Below, piece after piece: positions 30,262 to 41,863 of a stretch of DNA of 64,000 bases. The position numbers and the translations under genes were made by a program. The notes beneath the pieces were generated by a model that saw only the letters and a program-made list of their open reading frames with translations, made no database searches and was not told the origin of the DNA. Source of the DNA: an uncultured Verrucomicrobiae bacterium (GTDB lineage: Bacteria; Verrucomicrobiota; Verrucomicrobiia; Chthoniobacterales; UBA10450). Within the stretch, counting starts at the first letter, position 1; the number at the start of each line of letters is the position of its first letter. The stretch lies in NCBI GenBank assembly GCA_963801815.1, contig CAWDGJ010000002.1, positions 842,989-906,988 on the forward strand, given 5' to 3'.

Positions 30262-33200
30262 GCGGCTGCAGTCTGTTGAACAGGGCGCACGGCCGGAAGG
30301 CGAATGGAAAAACGTGCGCCCCGATCCGGTGCATTCTCGGCGGTGATGGTTCCGCCGTGGGCTTCAACGATTGAGCGAACAATTGCGAGGCCCATGCCCA
30401 TGCCGGCCTGCTTGGTCGAAAAGAAGTGATCGAAAACTTTTTCCGGTCGATCGCCGGGAATGCCCGTTCCAGAATCGCGCACGCTAACTTCGGCGGTGGT
30501 GCCCTTGTCGGAACGTGTACTAATAATGATGCGCCGCTCGGCCGGCGGAAGAGACTCCACGGCATCGAGCGCATTCATGATCAGGTTGAGCAACACTTGT
30601 TGGATCTGAACGGGAGCGGCCTCGACTTGCGGCAAACCGGGGTCGAGTTGAGTCGTAATTGTTGTTTCTCGTCGCATGATATCGGTCCCGACCAGGCGCA
30701 CCGTGTCGGAGATCACTGCGTTGAGATCGAGAAGTCCCCGGGCGCTCTTTTCTTTGCGAACGAGGCCGCGTATTCCCTGAATTACTTCGATCGCGCGACG
30801 ACCGTCGGCTGCCATGTCGTTGAAAAGTTGTCCGATGAATTCAAGGTCGACGTTGCCGCGCTCGATCACGCGACGGCCAGCCGAAGCGTTATTGGCAATC
30901 GCTGCCAGCGGTTGATTAAGTTCGTGCGCGAAGGATGCGGTCATTTCGCCCATCAGCGAAACCCGATTGCGGTGCGCCATCTCTTCGCGTTGCGTCTGCA
31001 CCTGAAGGTCGGCCTCTTTTCGAGTGCTGACGTCGACCGTGACGCCAATTGTCTCGAGCGGGTTTCCGCTTTCATCCTTTAAGAAGCGACCGCGCATAAT
31101 GACCCATCGTATTCTCCCGTGAGGGAGGAGCAGTCGATGTTCGCTTTCGAATGTTCCGTAGAGAGCGCTCGCACGATCGTATTCGGCTTTCACTTTTGGT
31201 CGGTCGTCCGGATGAACGCGCGACAAGATCAAATCGCTGCTCAACGGCAGATTTGAATCAAAGCCATACATCAGGCGCCCGTTTTCGCTCATCCAGGCCG
31301 GCGTTTGATCGGGATACAAAACCCAAAAGCCGAGATCGGCAGATTCGGCAACAAGGCTGATGCGCGCGTCTCGTTCGCGTAAAATTTCGTGGTCCCGCTG
31401 ACGCTCAATCGCGATGCCGGCGATGTGGGTGGCGATTTCGGTCAGCCGATTCTCCTCCGGACGCGGTCCTCGTTTCTCAGCACGATACATCGCGAACGAA
31501 CCAAGGACGTCGCCACGCGATGAAAGGATGGGCGTGGACCAACAGGCAGTGAGTCCGCAGATTTCAGCGAACTTCCGATAATTCGTCCAAAGCGGATCGG
31601 TCATCACATCTTGGACCACGACTGGTCGTTTGAGATACATCGCGGTGCCGCAGGAACCGTTGCGCGGGCCGATGGCTGCGCCGTCGACTGCCTTTACGTA
31701 AGCCTCCGGCAAATTCGGCGCCGCCCCGTGATGGACATGCTCGCCATCTCGACCGAGCAACAAGATTGAGCAACGCAATCCTTCGGCCTGTCCTTCCATC
31801 AGCAACACAAGGCTCTTCAGTACGTCAGGTAGTGGCGCGTCGGCCGCGATCATTTCCAGAACATGACTTTGCCCGACGCGAAAAAATTCCTCCTCCTTGA
31901 GTTGAGTGATGTCCTGGCAAACGGTCACCCCGCCAACCAATTCGCCATTCGTGCCGCGGAGCGGCCGGCCCGTAATCCGTGCCCACATTCCTCTGGTTGC
32001 CTTTTCGTGACGTACAAACATCTCGACGTTGTTCACTTCTTCACCGCGAATCGAGCGGACGAGGGGCAATTGTTCGTGAGGAAAAGGAGTCACCTTGTCC
32101 GGTAAATAAAGTCCGTAATGCTGAGACCAGTCGCTCGCGCCCGCTTTGATCGCGCCGGCCCCGAACATTCGTTCGGCCGCGGCGTTGAAGACAAGAAAGT
32201 TTTCGTCTTTGTCGGCGACGATCACGGCGTCACCCATGTCCGATAAAATGGAGCGCAAAATTTCATTGGTCCGGGACAGCTCGGCGGTGCCCTGCGTAAC
32301 CTTCCGCGCCAAATCGTCTCGACTCGTGCGCAGGGCCTGCTCCAATTCCCGTTGCTCGGTGATATCGGTGTTTGTTCCAAACCAGCGCGAAATTTTCCCG
32401 TCGGCGTCAAAAATTGGAAGCGCGCGAGAAAGGAACCATCGATAATCGCCGGTTTTGCTCCGCAAGTGGAATGTATCTTCCCACGGCTGGCCAGTGGCGA
32501 ACGCGACCTTAATTCGTTCGACGACTCGACCGACCTCGTCCGGGTGATGGACCTTTTGCCAACCCCATCCCTGTACCTCTTCGAGCGTCGTGCCAGTGTA
32601 ATCGTACCAACGATCGTTGTACCAGAAAATGGAACCTTCGCAGTCGGCCATCCAAGCCAGTTGCGAGATGGAATTAGCCAATGTGCGAAACTGCCGCTCC
32701 CGCTCGCTCGCTTCGCTCTGCGTCGCTCGGTGAACAAGATCCAGTTGTCCGGCGACGGCGATAATAACGTTGAGTAAACCTTCGTTCTGTTCGCGCGACT
32801 CGCGCATGAAGAATTCGAGAATGGCGATGACTTTGTCGCCGGAGATGATCGGTATCGCGACGCCGGTTTTTAGTCCGGCGGCCAGAGCTGCGGCAAATCG
32901 CGGAAAATTAGGATCCTCAGTGACGTTCTCAACCCACGCTGGCTGTTTCGATTGCCACACCCGGCCAGGAAGTCCGACGCCCGGTCGGAAGTGCGCATTC
33001 TGCGAGATGGTCCTGAAATTGTTGAGCTCGCCGTCACCGCAATAGCAGCCGGGGCCAAGATTGAGGACAGCACCATTGGAATCGGGCAACCACGCTTGGC
33101 CGAGTGTCCAACCTGTCCTTTCGCAAACACGACGCAGCACAATTTCCAGTGCGGGCGAGAGATCGTTCGCGTCCGCAATCTCCATCGAGATCGTTTGCAG

Positions 33201-33272
33201 CAAATTGAGCTGCTCATCACTGCCGGTGAGTGGGAAGCTTGGGGCAATGGCAGTCGACGGCAGAGCGCTCAT
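30258..33272 (-). CDS. Cytoplasmic GAF-PAS-PAS-GAF-PAS histidine kinase
   Basis: GAF motifs (GVGLPGRVW; GSCGTA..ACWSTPI), PAS/PAC repeats, FAHELNQPL, DSGTG, GMGMGL. Confidence 0.92.
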   Translation of the reverse strand: MSALPSTAIAPSFPLTGSDEQLNLLQTISMEIADANDLSPALEIVLRRVCERTGWTLGQAWLPDSNGAVLNLGPGCYCGDGELNNFRTISQNAHFRPGVGLPGRVWQSKQPAWVENVTEDPNFPRFAAALAAGLKTGVAIPIISGDKVIAILEFFMRESREQNEGLLNVIIAVAGQLDLVHRATQSEASERERQFRTLANSISQLAWMADCEGSIFWYNDRWYDYTGTTLEEVQGWGWQKVHHPDEVGRVVERIKVAFATGQPWEDTFHLRSKTGDYRWFLSRALPIFDADGKISRWFGTNTDITEQRELEQALRTSRDDLARKVTQGTAELSRTNEILRSILSDMGDAVIVADKDENFLVFNAAAERMFGAGAIKAGASDWSQHYGLYLPDKVTPFPHEQLPLVRSIRGEEVNNVEMFVRHEKATRGMWARITGRPLRGTNGELVGGVTVCQDITQLKEEEFFRVGQSHVLEMIAADAPLPDVLKSLVLLMEGQAEGLRCSILLLGRDGEHVHHGAAPNLPEAYVKAVDGAAIGPRNGSCGTAMYLKRPVVVQDVMTDPLWTNYRKFAEICGLTACWSTPILSSRGDVLGSFAMYRAEKRGPRPEENRLTEIATHIAGIAIERQRDHEILRERDARISLVAESADLGFWVLYPDQTPAWMSENGRLMYGFDSNLPLSSDLILSRVHPDDRPKVKAEYDRASALYGTFESEHRLLLPHGRIRWVIMRGRFLKDESGNPLETIGVTVDVSTRKEADLQVQTQREEMAHRNRVSLMGEMTASFAHELNQPLAAIANNASAGRRVIERGNVDLEFIGQLFNDMAADGRRAIEVIQGIRGLVRKEKSARGLLDLNAVISDTVRLVGTDIMRRETTITTQLDPGLPQVEAAPVQIQQVLLNLIMNALDAVESLPPAERRIIISTRSDKGTTAEVSVRDSGTGIPGDRPEKVFDHFFSTKQAGMGMGLAIVRSIVEAHGGTITAENAPDRGARFSIRLPAVRPVQQTAAA

Positions 33273-33444
33273 AACAACAAATCGAATGGGACTACGGCCT
33301 GAATGGAAAAGCTCGGGCGACCAACGACGCTATGCTTCGCCCACGCGCACCTTAACCCTTGTGCCGCGTTCATATAAGGGATAGTCCGTATCGCATATTT
33401 CCGGCTGTGAGGCAAGTTCGGTTGTCATAACTGATTGCTCCTTT

Positions 33445-34773
33445 TCAGGTTTGCGATCTTTTCAGCAACATAATTGCGCCCCCGATCCCGGACAGAAGTG
33501 ATGCCGCGAGGATCGCCACCTTTGCTGCCTCCAAAATTTCCGTTGGACCAAAGGCGAGATTGGCGATGAAAATCGACATCGTAAAACCGATTCCACCGAG
33601 CGTGCCGACCCCGATGACATGTCGCCATCGCACCCCGCTGGGCAGCCTGGCCAATCCCATGCGCGTGACCACCCAGGCAAATAAACTGATGCCGATTGGT
33701 TTCCCATACACCAAGCCGCAGATAATGCCCAGCCCGACTGGGCCGGCGATTGCATGCCTGACGCCGCTCTGGAGAGCAACCCCCGCATTCGCCAGCGCAA
33801 AAACAGGCATGATGACGTAATTCACCCACGGCCCGAGCGCGTGTTCGAAGCGCAACATCGGCGATTCCACTCGCTCGCAGTCGCGGGCCAGCGCGTGAAG
33901 CGCAGCACTTTTTCGCGCGCTCGTTAACATTCTTTCCCCCGCCGCATCCGCGTCTCGAAATTCTGTGAGAATTCCTTCGCTTCGTGCGAGAAATGCGCGG
34001 CTATCGATCCGTTGCCGGGCCGGGATTGTCATCGCCAGTAGAACGCCGGCGACGGTGGCGTGAATCCCCGACTTTAGAAATGCGATCCAAAGTGCAACGC
34101 CAAGTATCGCGTACCAGATCGGATGCCGCGCGCCTGCACGATTCAAGGTGATTAGCCCGGCAAAACAAATTCCGGCGACGGCAAGATGAATTCCCGAAAT
34201 TGTCTCCGTGTAAAAAAATGCGATGACGAGAACCGCGCCGATATCATCCGCGATCGCGAATGCGGCCAGAAAAATACGGAGCGATGGGGGAACGCGATTG
34301 CCTAGAAGAGCGAGAACCCCGAGCGCGAAGGCAATGTCAGTAGCCATTGGCACACCCCACCCGGCTGCGCCGGGGCTGCCGTGATTGAACAGCAAATAAA
34401 ATCCCGCCGGAACAAGCATGCCGCCGAGCGCGGCGGCGATTGGTAACGCAGCTCGCTGAAACGATGCCAACTCGCCGACCAGCGATTCGCGTTTTATCTC
34501 TAATCCAACAAGAAGAAAGAACACAGCCATCAGTCCGTCGTTGATCCAGAAGTGGAGCGACTCCGAAAGTGTGCTTCCAGCAAAGCCGAAGGTCAGATTT
34601 GTATGCCAGAGATGAAAGTAGCTCGCGGCCCAGGGTGAATTCGCCCAGACCAGGGCAACAACAATGCAGCCAATTAAAATTAGTCCGCCGGCGGACTGCA
34701 GTTTGGCAAACTCCTGAAACGGCCGGACAAGTCGTTCGATCGGGGTCGGACCAGCCAGCCGCCTTTGATTCAT
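33445..34773 (-). CDS. nhaA: Na+/H+ antiporter NhaA
   Basis: WINDGLMAVFF, PMATDIAF, AIADDIGA, GIGFTMSIFI. Confidence 0.95.
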   Translation of the reverse strand: MNQRRLAGPTPIERLVRPFQEFAKLQSAGGLILIGCIVVALVWANSPWAASYFHLWHTNLTFGFAGSTLSESLHFWINDGLMAVFFLLVGLEIKRESLVGELASFQRAALPIAAALGGMLVPAGFYLLFNHGSPGAAGWGVPMATDIAFALGVLALLGNRVPPSLRIFLAAFAIADDIGAVLVIAFFYTETISGIHLAVAGICFAGLITLNRAGARHPIWYAILGVALWIAFLKSGIHATVAGVLLAMTIPARQRIDSRAFLARSEGILTEFRDADAAGERMLTSARKSAALHALARDCERVESPMLRFEHALGPWVNYVIMPVFALANAGVALQSGVRHAIAGPVGLGIICGLVYGKPIGISLFAWVVTRMGLARLPSGVRWRHVIGVGTLGGIGFTMSIFIANLAFGPTEILEAAKVAILAASLLSGIGGAIMLLKRSQT

Positions 34774-34932
34774 GCCGAGAGATTAGTGCACGAATACTTG
34801 ATGTTACAGGCTGCGAGTAACAATTGATGACAAGGCGCGTCCGGCCCGGGGCGGTTGTTAAACCGGCTTTGGCTGCAGCAGCTCAAGCCGGTCGGCAATC
34901 AGTCGGCCGCGAAGAGACAGAACCACACCTCG

Positions 34933-36327
34933 TTATCCCGCAAGAATCCCATCACGCTTCAGCAGCGCCTCGTAGGTCGCGTACTTATATAGATCGCCGA
35001 GAGTCGGGTAATTGAAGCAGACCCGGTTAAAAACGCTCGCGCCCACTCCAGCCAGCATTGCGATGAGACCGATGTGGACGAGTTCGGTCGCCTGTTCGCC
35101 GACAACATGCACGCCCAGCAGTCGCATATCCTCCGGACGAAAGATAAGCTTTAGAAGACCGTGCTCATCGCCAATGATCTGGCCGCGTGGATTGTCGGCA
35201 TACCGTGCGCGACCAATCACGTAGGGAATATTTTTCTCCTTCAAAGATTCCTCCGTTTGTCCGGCCATGCTCGCTTCCGGAATTGTATAGATGCCGGTCG
35301 GAAGAATAGGCGCTGCTGATTCCTTTTGTCGGAAATCGAACGCAACACACGCCGCTAACCGCGCCTGCTCCATGCCAGTAGCCGCGAGCGCCGGCGCACC
35401 GACGACATCACCCGCGGCAAAAATATGCCCAACTTCGGTCCGGCCCTGCGCATCCACCTTGATCAATCCGCGCTTACCGGGCGTGAGACCAGCGGCGGCA
35501 AGATCGAGATCGGCGGTATTGCTCTGGCGGCCGGCCGCGACCAGCGCATCGTTTACCGCCAAGGTCGCGCCTGATGTAAGCGTGAGCGTGACATCGCCGG
35601 TGGGCGGCGCGTCACAACGCGTCACTTTTTCTTTCCAGATAAACTTCACGCCAGCTGCGGTCATTGCGCGCTGGATGCTTTCCGAAATCTCGCGATCGAG
35701 AAAACTGAGGAGCGAGTCGCGTCCGTCGATCAAATGCACTTGAACTCCGAGCGCGGCAAAAGTGCAGGCGTATTCCGCGCCGATCACGCCCGCGCCGACG
35801 ATCGCCATGGTTTTGGGCAGCACGCCGATCTCGAGAATTTCGTCGGAATCGTGAACCCGAGGATGTTCGAATGGAAATTCCTGTGGACGCACGGGCGACG
35901 AACCGGTCGCGATGAGAATTTTCTCGCCGCGCAACAAAGTATCAGGCGCAACCCGCACCGTGTTGGGATCCACAAAGCTGGCCGTGCCATGAAACATTTC
36001 AACCTTGTAAGTTCGCAGTTGTTCTACTCTGCGCCGGCGTTCGTGAGCAGCGACGTTTTCCTTGTGATGCATGAAATCGGCTACGGTCGCCTCTCGCCGA
36101 AGTGAGAGGTCTATCCCAAAAAGTTTGCGCGAACGCAGGCCTGAGAGAGCAAGCGCGGTTTCGCGCAAAGTCTTGCTCGGGAGCGTGCCGGTGTTGATCC
36201 CGGCGCCGCCGACCTCGCGAAGTTTTTCCACCAGCGCGACGCGCTTGCCTAAAATGCCCGCCGTATTCGCTCCGCAAATTCCTGCCGGACCGCCACCGAT
36301 CACAACAAGATCGAAATCCTTAGTCAT
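34933..36327 (-). CDS. sthA: Soluble pyridine nucleotide transhydrogenase
   Basis: GGGPAG, NTGTLPSKTLRE, GAGVIG, TGIYTIPE, FNYPTL; first Cys-region reads GGAGINTG so the call is family-level. Confidence 0.8.
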   Translation of the reverse strand: MTKDFDLVVIGGGPAGICGANTAGILGKRVALVEKLREVGGAGINTGTLPSKTLRETALALSGLRSRKLFGIDLSLRREATVADFMHHKENVAAHERRRRVEQLRTYKVEMFHGTASFVDPNTVRVAPDTLLRGEKILIATGSSPVRPQEFPFEHPRVHDSDEILEIGVLPKTMAIVGAGVIGAEYACTFAALGVQVHLIDGRDSLLSFLDREISESIQRAMTAAGVKFIWKEKVTRCDAPPTGDVTLTLTSGATLAVNDALVAAGRQSNTADLDLAAAGLTPGKRGLIKVDAQGRTEVGHIFAAGDVVGAPALAATGMEQARLAACVAFDFRQKESAAPILPTGIYTIPEASMAGQTEESLKEKNIPYVIGRARYADNPRGQIIGDEHGLLKLIFRPEDMRLLGVHVVGEQATELVHIGLIAMLAGVGASVFNRVCFNYPTLGDLYKYATYEALLKRDGILAG

Positions 36328-36331
36328 ATTT

Positions 36332-36471
36332 TCAATGTCCGGTCGTCGGTATGAAGCAAAACATGAGCGCGATGATCGTGTACACGGTCACGAGTTGAAC
36401 GCCCTTATACCCAGTAGGGCCAACAACACGGCGCCGCTGATAATTCGTTCCAAGTTGGTCTGCTCAATCAT
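36332..36471 (-). pseudogene. Deletion scar: AI-2E-like 5' end joined to Ca2+/H+ exchanger-like 3' end
   Basis: MIEQTNLERIISGAVLLALLG, then in another frame YKGVQLVTVYTIIALMFCFIPTTGH*. Confidence 0.55.
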
Positions 36472-38162
36472 GAGCGGCTCGATGATTGAAAATTGTCGAT
36501 CACGTCGGCAACGCTAGTGAAACGATTTATGCCACCAAGCTCGGCGTCGACGCCTTGATTGCGCAATCGATCGCGCACGGACGAGCGCGGTTCGACTGCT
36601 TGGAACCGGATGCCTTTGGCCGTGATTTCGGCGGCCATCCCCGCGAGCGTGTGCGCACTTTGCAAATCGACGCGCGGCGCCGCGGAAAGATCTAGGACGA
36701 CCAGCTTCGGTAACGGGGTCGCGGCGCGGACCCGGCTCAGGATTGATTCGCAGACGTTGTCGACGTTGAAATAAATGAGACCCGATTCCGGCCGGAAAAT
36801 CATCGCGTCGGGAATGAGTTCGTTGTCAGCATGCCGTTCGCGATCTGAGAAACGGCGGGTGCCGGGAATTCGGCCGAGCAAGGCGACGTGCGGTCGCGAT
36901 GCTGCGCGCATCAATTGAACGAGCGAGATTGCCGCACCGATTAAGACGCCGCGAAGCAAACCGGATGTGAGTACGCCGGCGAAAGCCGCGATCGCCACCA
37001 CAAACTCCGAGCGATCGTTGCGCCAAAGTTCTTTGAGAATCGAGACCTTGAGCAGGCCGGCTACTGCAACCAAGACGACCGCGGCCAGGACCGGCTGCGG
37101 CAATGCGCTGAGCAGATGGGAGAAAAAGAGTACGACGATGAGAATGAATATCGTCGCCAGAGCAGTAGATAGCGGCGTGTGCGCACCGCCTTCTTCGTTG
37201 ACCAGCGATTGCGACGTTCCGCCGCTGACTGGAAATCCGCCGCCCAGCCCGGCGGCAAGATTGGAAACGGCGAGCGCGAGATTTTCCTGATTCGCATCGA
37301 ATCGCCCGCCGTGCTTCGCCGCGAACATTCGTCCAATCGCCGCTGTTTCCACGGCGCCGAGGAGAAAACAAGCGAGCGCCAGCGGAAGCAATTCATTGAG
37401 ATCATGCCAGTAAACCGCAGGCATCTTGAGTGGCGGAAGGCCTTGCGGCACGGTCCCGATCAACTTCACGCCGCGAGTCTCAAGTGCGAGTAAGGACGCG
37501 GCGACAATGCCTCCGATTACGACGAAAAGTGCAACCGGTTTGTTTTTCAGAAAAATTTTGCCAAGGATTAGTATTGCCAGCGCGATTCCACCAACCAGGA
37601 GCGACGTCGGATTAGTTTCACCCAAGTGCTTGAAGAAAAACCCGGCGTTTTCCCAGAAACTTCCGTGCGCACCATGAAAGCCGAAGAGCTTTGGCAGTTG
37701 CGTGCTGGCAAGGAAAAGCGCGACCCCGCTCTTGAATCCCGTCATGACGCTTTCGGAAATGAAATTCACCAATACGCCGGCTTTGACGATCCAGGCAATG
37801 AAGCCAATCAGGGCAACGAGCAGGGCAGTTCCGGCGGCAAGCGCCCCGAAGCGTGACGTGTCGCCGCCGGTGATTTCGCCTAACGACGCACCGATAAGCA
37901 GCGAGATTGCCGACGTTACGGAGATGGCGGTGTGTCGCGAGCCGCAAAAAATCCAGAAGACCAGGCCGCTGAACAGGCACGCATAGAGTCCCGCTTCGGG
38001 CGGCAAACTGGCCAGCGACGCGTCGCCCAGTGCCGCCGGAATCAAATAAGCGGCCAGCGTGATTCCGGCGGCAACGTCTGGACGAAGCCAGCCAAGCTGA
38101 TATTCGCGGAGCCAGGAAGCCGCTGGAAAAATTGATTTCCACCAAATGCGGGCAGTCGTCAT
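36468..38162 (-). CDS. SulP family anion transporter with STAS domain
   Basis: PDVAAGITLAAYLIP, EAGLYA, FISESVMTGF, DANQE, C-terminal STAS; in frame with an upstream 140-aa domain. Confidence 0.9.
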   Translation of the reverse strand: MTTARIWWKSIFPAASWLREYQLGWLRPDVAAGITLAAYLIPAALGDASLASLPPEAGLYACLFSGLVFWIFCGSRHTAISVTSAISLLIGASLGEITGGDTSRFGALAAGTALLVALIGFIAWIVKAGVLVNFISESVMTGFKSGVALFLASTQLPKLFGFHGAHGSFWENAGFFFKHLGETNPTSLLVGGIALAILILGKIFLKNKPVALFVVIGGIVAASLLALETRGVKLIGTVPQGLPPLKMPAVYWHDLNELLPLALACFLLGAVETAAIGRMFAAKHGGRFDANQENLALAVSNLAAGLGGGFPVSGGTSQSLVNEEGGAHTPLSTALATIFILIVVLFFSHLLSALPQPVLAAVVLVAVAGLLKVSILKELWRNDRSEFVVAIAAFAGVLTSGLLRGVLIGAAISLVQLMRAASRPHVALLGRIPGTRRFSDRERHADNELIPDAMIFRPESGLIYFNVDNVCESILSRVRAATPLPKLVVLDLSAAPRVDLQSAHTLAGMAAEITAKGIRFQAVEPRSSVRDRLRNQGVDAELGGINRFTSVADVIDNFQSSSRS

Positions 38163-38582
38163 CGAGGTCGATCTCCGAGGCGATCGGTACTGTTTCCGGT
38201 GGCGCGCCTTGTATTCAACCGCCCAGGCCCGCGCAGCTTCCAACGGATGGCGGGTCTTCTGCCGGTCGAGCCACGCCTTCAGTCCTTCTTCGTCAACTGG
38301 GAGCTCAGCAATTCGCGGCCGGCCAAGCAGTCGCCCGAATGTTTCCATAACGTTCTGAATCGAGGGAAACACGATCTCATCCAATATTTCCGGTTTTCCC
38401 TGACAGGCGTAGGCATTGAAATCGACCCAGCATCCGTCCGGACGGAGCACGAACATGCGCGTCTTCGGGATTTCCGCAGTCGGAGACACGCCGGTCTGCG
38501 TGACCAAGTACGGTCCATCGCTCTCGGCGGATCCGAGGTTCAATACCTGGGAATCCCGATGGTTGTTGGTAATGGCGCGCAT
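38163..38582 (-). CDS. Soluble hypothetical domain read in frame into SulP
   Basis: MRAITNNH...GPYLVTQ...FVLRPDG..DFNAYACQGKPE; no stop before the SulP Met. Confidence 0.55.
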
Positions 38583-38669
38583 CAGGTCCGGGCGCCGTAC
38601 TCATTATATATATAGTACAGCCGTGGGGCTCGGGGTTGGCATCGTCGAATATGAGTGGTCATAGGGCGT

Positions 38670-41600
38670 TCAGTGGGAAGCCGGGGCGACAACTTCCGGC
38701 GGCTCCGTTCCCATGGGCGCGGGCTGCCCGATCGGTGAGTGTTTCTTTCCGCCCATGAACCTCTCGACCAGGTAGAAGAGAACTGGGATTAGAAAGACGG
38801 CGATGAAACTGGCGGCCAGCATTCCGCCGATGACCACAAAACCCATCACCTGACGGGAAAGTGCCCCGGCGCCACTGGCTCTGGCTAACGGAACGCAGCC
38901 AAGAATAAATGCGAAGGAGGTCATTAGGATCGGCCGCAGTCGCAACTTGGCGCCTTCGAGAGCGGCTTCGACGAGACCGAGACCCTGCTCGAGTTTCATC
39001 TTAGCGAACTCGACGATGAGAATTGCATTCTTGGCGGAGAGGCCGATGAGCATAACGAGACCGATCTGGGCGTAGACGTTCAATTCATATCGCCCGACCA
39101 TCAGCCCGGCGAATGCGCCCCAAACCGCGATCGGCAAGCTGAGCAGAACGCTGAACGGTAGGGTCCAGCTTTCGTACTGCGCGGCCAGGACAAGAAAAAC
39201 GAAGAGCAACGACATGGCGAAGATGACGCTGGCGGATACGCCTTCCTGGGCGCGTTTTTCCTGGATAACTCATGCCCATGTAAGCAAATCCCATCTCGTT
39301 AGGCATCGTCGCCTTGAATACTTCCTCCATCGCTTTCATCGCCTGACCGGAGCTGTAGCCGGCGGCAGGCGTGGCATTGATTTGAGCCGAACGATAGAGG
39401 TTGTAGCGCATGGTGAATTCCGGCCCGCTGATTGGCTTGTGTTGAGCACCGCGCTCAGCGGCACCATTGCGCCGTCTTTGTTTTTCACGAAGAACTGGCC
39501 GACTTGCTCGACGTTCGTGCGATAGTCGCCCTCGGCCTGGACGAAGACCTGCCATTGGCGGCCGAACCGATTGAAATAATTTACGAAGTAGCTGCCCATG
39601 AACGTCTGCAGCGTCTGATAAACCGCGCTCAGGTCGATGTTCTGCTTCAAGCACTTTTTCGCGGTCTACGTTCAGGAAGACCTGCGGCACGCGAGGGCGA
39701 GAACATCGGCGTGACGCCGGTAAGCTCCTTGCGTTCGCGCGCAGCCGCGACGAACTTCATGACGTTCTCGGCGAGGAACGCGACATCCTTCCCGGCGCGG
39801 TCCTGGAGCAGGAACGTCACGCCACCGCTGGTGCCGATGCCCGGAATGGCCGGCGGTGAGAACGCGAACGCGCGCGCGCCGGGAAGTTTGGCGAACTCAC
39901 TGTTCACGTGTTTGAGGATGGCGCCGTATTGCTCTTCGGGAGCTTTCCGCTGCCTTCCATTCCTTCAGCGAAATGAAGAAGATGCCGCTGTAGCTCGTGT
40001 TGACGCCGCTAAGAAAGTTGTAGGCCGGTAACGGTCGACTACGTACTCGACTCCTGGCGTGTTCTTCAGAATCTCCTCACAGCGTTTCATCACTTCGTCG
40101 GTGCGCTGGAACGAGGCGGCGTCTGGCAGGATGACTTGCGCGAAGAAGTAACCCTGATCTTCTTCCGGCAGAAAGCTGCCGGGAACAGCGCTTGCCGAAC
40201 ATCCCGGCAAGAAACACGAACCCGACCAGAATGATTACGGCGATCAGCGATTTGCGGATCAGAAGATGGCAAGTGCTCGGTGAATTTATCTGTCGCTACT
40301 CCGAAGACGCGATTAAACCAGTCGAAAAATCTTTGCAGCAGCCCGCTGCCCTTTTTCTTCGGCTTTAGTAGCATCGCGGCGAGCGCGGGCGAAAGCGTGA
40401 GCGCGTTGAATGCAGAGATGAGCATCGAGACCGCAATCGTGACGGCGAACTGCTGATACAATCGACCGGTGATTCCGGGGATGAAGGCCGTCGGCACGAA
40501 CACGGCCGCAAGGACAAGCGCAATGGCGATGACCGGTCCGCTCACTTCGTCCATGGCCTTCAGGGTGGCCTCTCGCGGCGAAAGTCCGTGCTCGATGTGA
40601 TGCTCGACCGCTTCGACGACGACGATCGCGTCATCGACCACCAGGCCAATGGCCAGGACCAGGCCGAACAGCGAAAGCGTGTTTACCGTGAATCCGAACA
40701 TCGGAAACAGCGCGAACGTGCTGACTAGCGAAACCGGCACGGCCAGCAGCGGGATGAGCGTGGCGCGCCAGCCCTGCAGAAAGATGAAAACGACGAGGAT
40801 GACGAGCAGCAGCGCCTCGATCAGGGTGTGCTGGATCTCCACCATGCCCTCTGTAACAGCGAGCGTGGTGTCGAGGCAGACAACGTAGTCGAGATCGGCC
40901 GGAAATTTCTCCGACTAACTCTTTGATTCTCTTCTTCGCGCCGTCGGCGGCGGCGATCGCGTTTGAACCGGGAAGCTGATAGAGGGCGACGAGCGCTGCG
41001 GGCTTGCCGTTGAGCCGGCCGGAGAGCGCATAGTTTTGCGCGCCGAGTTCGATGCGTGCCGATATCTTTCACCCGCACCATGGAGCCGTCGACATTTGCG
41101 CGAACGACGATATCGCCAAATTCCTCGGCCGTTTGGAGACGGCCTTGCGCCCGCACCGCATAAGTGAACTCCTGTCCTTTCGGCACCGGCTCACCGCCAA
41201 TGGTGCCGGCGGGGTTCACCGCGTTCTGGGTGTTAATGGCTTGCAGGATCTCCGGAATCGTTAGGCCGAGCTTGGCCAGCTGGTCCGGCTTCACCCAAAT
41301 GCGCATGGCATATTGTCCGGCGCCGAAAACCGTTACACTGGCGATGCCTTTCACGCGGGTGAACTCGTCGTTCAGGTTAATGTTGGCGTAGTTCGCCAGG
41401 AAGACGTTGTCGTAGGTCCCTTTCGGCGAGTAAAGCGCGAACATGATCAGCGGCGACGATGTCGATTTCTGCACCGTGACGCCGAACTTGTTGACGTCCT
41501 GTGGCAACTGCGACGAAGCCTGGTTGCTCCGCATCTGCGAAAGAATCTGGTCGGTGTTGACATCGGTGCCGACTTCGAAGTTTACCGTGAGCTTGAGGGT

Positions 41601-41858
41601 GCCGTCGTTGCCGTTGACCGACTGCATGTAATTCATGTTGTCGACGCCACTCATTTGCTGTTCGATCGGCGTAGCTACCGATTGCTCGACCGTGAGCGCG
41701 TCGGCGCCGGTGTAGGTGGTTTTGACCTGAATTTCCGGCGGGACAATATCGGGAAACTGCGCCACCGGCAGACGCAGATACGTGATAATGCCGACAATCG
41801 TCATCACGATCGAAATGACGATCGCGACGATGGGTCGATTAACGAAAAACTTGGCCAC
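38670..41858 (-). pseudogene. HAE1-type RND efflux permease, broken by about 10 frameshifts
   Basis: Fragments MAKFFVNRPIVA, GLVVDDAIVVVE, PEEDQG, AQYESW, AKNAILIVEFA, RLRPILMTS in shifting frames; likely sequencing indels. Confidence 0.85.
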
Positions 41859-41863
41859 GGCGG

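Noticed and set aside
33287..33302. Weak box TGGGAC-TACG-GCCTGA
   Set aside because: Only about 15 bp from the kinase ATG, so it does not fit the promoter spacing; left unannotated
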